From the NCBI RefSeq assembly GCF_032444005.1, contig NC_091287.1:246264001-246328000 (forward strand): a DNA stretch of 64,000 bases, read 5' to 3'. Below, one piece after another: positions 62,823 through 64,000 of this stretch. Source of the DNA: Ranitomeya imitator. Lineage: Eukaryota. The translations under genes were made by a program, and so were the position numbers. The notes under the pieces are model-generated. The model was not told the origin of the DNA, did not search any database, and worked only from the letters and a program-made list of their open reading frames with translations. Position 1 is the stretch's first letter. Every line of letters begins with the position of its first letter.

Positions 62823-64000
62823 TCAAGTGATGGGAGGCGGAAAGGCCTTGTCCCATTTGTTCCACTTCTTGCAGAATTTTCCAAACTGGTTGTTGATCAG
62901 AGCGAATTTCAGTTCGTGGGATCTATGTTGCTGGAATAATTGTAAAATAATATTCGGATTGGGTAGTGTTTTATTCTTCCAGTGGCGAGTAATGATGTTT
63001 TTTGCTACAAGGCATAGATGAATGAGTAGAGGTTGGAGTGTTGAGTCCAATTCATCCAAGTTAATAGATAGGAGGGCCATTTGGGGGGTAAGGGTAAAGA
63101 CTTTGTTGGAGAGTCTGTTAAAGGTAGTGGAAATCAGAGACCAAAAATTTTTGACTTTAGGGCATTGCCAAAGCATGTGAATTAGGTCTCCCTTGAAACC
63201 GCAATCTCTCCAGCAGAGTGGGGACGTTGAGGGTCCGAAGTGAGCCAATTTTGCCGGGGTGAGGTACCATCTGCTAATTGTTTTAAAGTGTGTCTCTTGG
63301 AGTGGAAATGAAATTGTGGAGTTATAGGTTGTTGAGAGAGCATCTTCCCAATTTTCTGGGGAGAAGGTAGAGTTCAGAGTTTTTTCCCAGGTGAACATGT
63401 AGGGGGATTTTAGCATGATTTCGTCATTGTTGAAGGAGTTGTAAAGGAAGCCATGGCTCCAGAAAATTTTGTGGTGGGGATTGTTTAGGACTTTTATGGA
63501 GGCATGTGTGAAGTTCATTTTTGAGTTGAGGAATGTATATACATTGTCTTTTAGGAGGATGAATTCTGTGAATAAGGAGGTAGGAATGTTGAATTTTTTC
63601 CTCAGCGATATGAAATCTAGGAAGTTAGAGCCATTGTGGATATCCCCTAGTTTTAAGATTTTCGATTCTTGCCAGATGGGGGGGAGAGTTTTGTTGGCGA
63701 GGCGAAAGATGAGAGTGAGGGGTAGATTTTTTAGGATAGAAAATTTGTGTGTCCTTCTCTTTGGTTTGGAGAATTTGTGCCAAGCTTGGGCGATGGCAAG
63801 GAATAAGGGGTGGGCGTTAGGGTTGGGAAGGTGGTTTAAAATTGCTTGTGAAATAATGTTGCTTAATTGATTATCGTTATTTAAAGACATTTCTAGGTCG
63901 AACCAAGCTGGAGGGTCCTGTTGAAGAATCCAATGGGCGCTCTGTTTGATCAGCAAGGTTTGGTAATGTGCAGTGATGTTGGGAAGGCCCATGCCCCCGT
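62823..64000 (-). CDS. L1-clade non-LTR retrotransposon ORF2, C-terminal part (continues beyond the window)
   Basis: 389 aa open frame with the C-terminal Cys/His motif CWRDCGFKGDLIHMLWQC and the L1-type ending (KFCKKWNKW). An AT-rich 3' UTR follows. Confidence 0.85.
   Translation of the reverse strand, partial: GGMGLPNITAHYQTLLIKQSAHWILQQDPPAWFDLEMSLNNDNQLSNIISQAILNHLPNPNAHPLFLAIAQAWHKFSKPKRRTHKFSILKNLPLTLIFRLANKTLPPIWQESKILKLGDIHNGSNFLDFISLRKKFNIPTSLFTEFILLKDNVYTFLNSKMNFTHASIKVLNNPHHKIFWSHGFLYNSFNNDEIMLKSPYMFTWEKTLNSTFSPENWEDALSTTYNSTISFPLQETHFKTISRWYLTPAKLAHFGPSTSPLCWRDCGFKGDLIHMLWQCPKVKNFWSLISTTFNRLSNKVFTLTPQMALLSINLDELDSTLQPLLIHLCLVAKNIITRHWKNKTLPNPNIILQLFQQHRSHELKFALINNQFGKFCKKWNKWDKAFPPPIT

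Noticed and set aside
55168-64000. The next dynein exon (expected to begin ELE.ER...)
   Set aside because: No matching sequence with splice sites was found by eye; it probably lies beyond the window.

Overview
Eukaryotic vertebrate DNA, most likely a large-genome frog; this is inferred from the repeat content (TTAA-flanked T2-type MITEs, Harbinger MITEs, a V-SINE, Tc1 families). The only host gene is an outer-arm gamma-type axonemal dynein heavy chain (DNAH5/DNAH8 family, DNAH5-like) on the + strand. Five internal phase-0 exons are present (5693-5911, 7374-7550, 52691-52885, 54458-54613, 54985-55167), encoding the end of the stalk coiled coil and the AAA5 region. The 45.1 kb intron 7551-52690 is largely nested mobile DNA: two young full-length chromodomain-bearing Gypsy LTR elements in opposite orientation, several Tc1-family elements (one DD37E with an apparently intact transposase ORF), piggyBac-type non-autonomous elements carrying satellites and telomere-like repeats, a Helitron inside a Harbinger-type element, L2, a V-SINE and many MITEs. 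An L1-clade ORF2 C-terminus runs off the right edge. There is an assembly gap at 12556-12849. The most notable observations are (i) co-varying LTR/PBS 9-mers in the two Gypsy subfamilies, consistent with tRNA-independent self-priming, and (ii) a minimal hammerhead-ribozyme motif inside a 314 bp hairpin insertion in a Tc1 relic. All coordinates and mismatch counts were read by eye.
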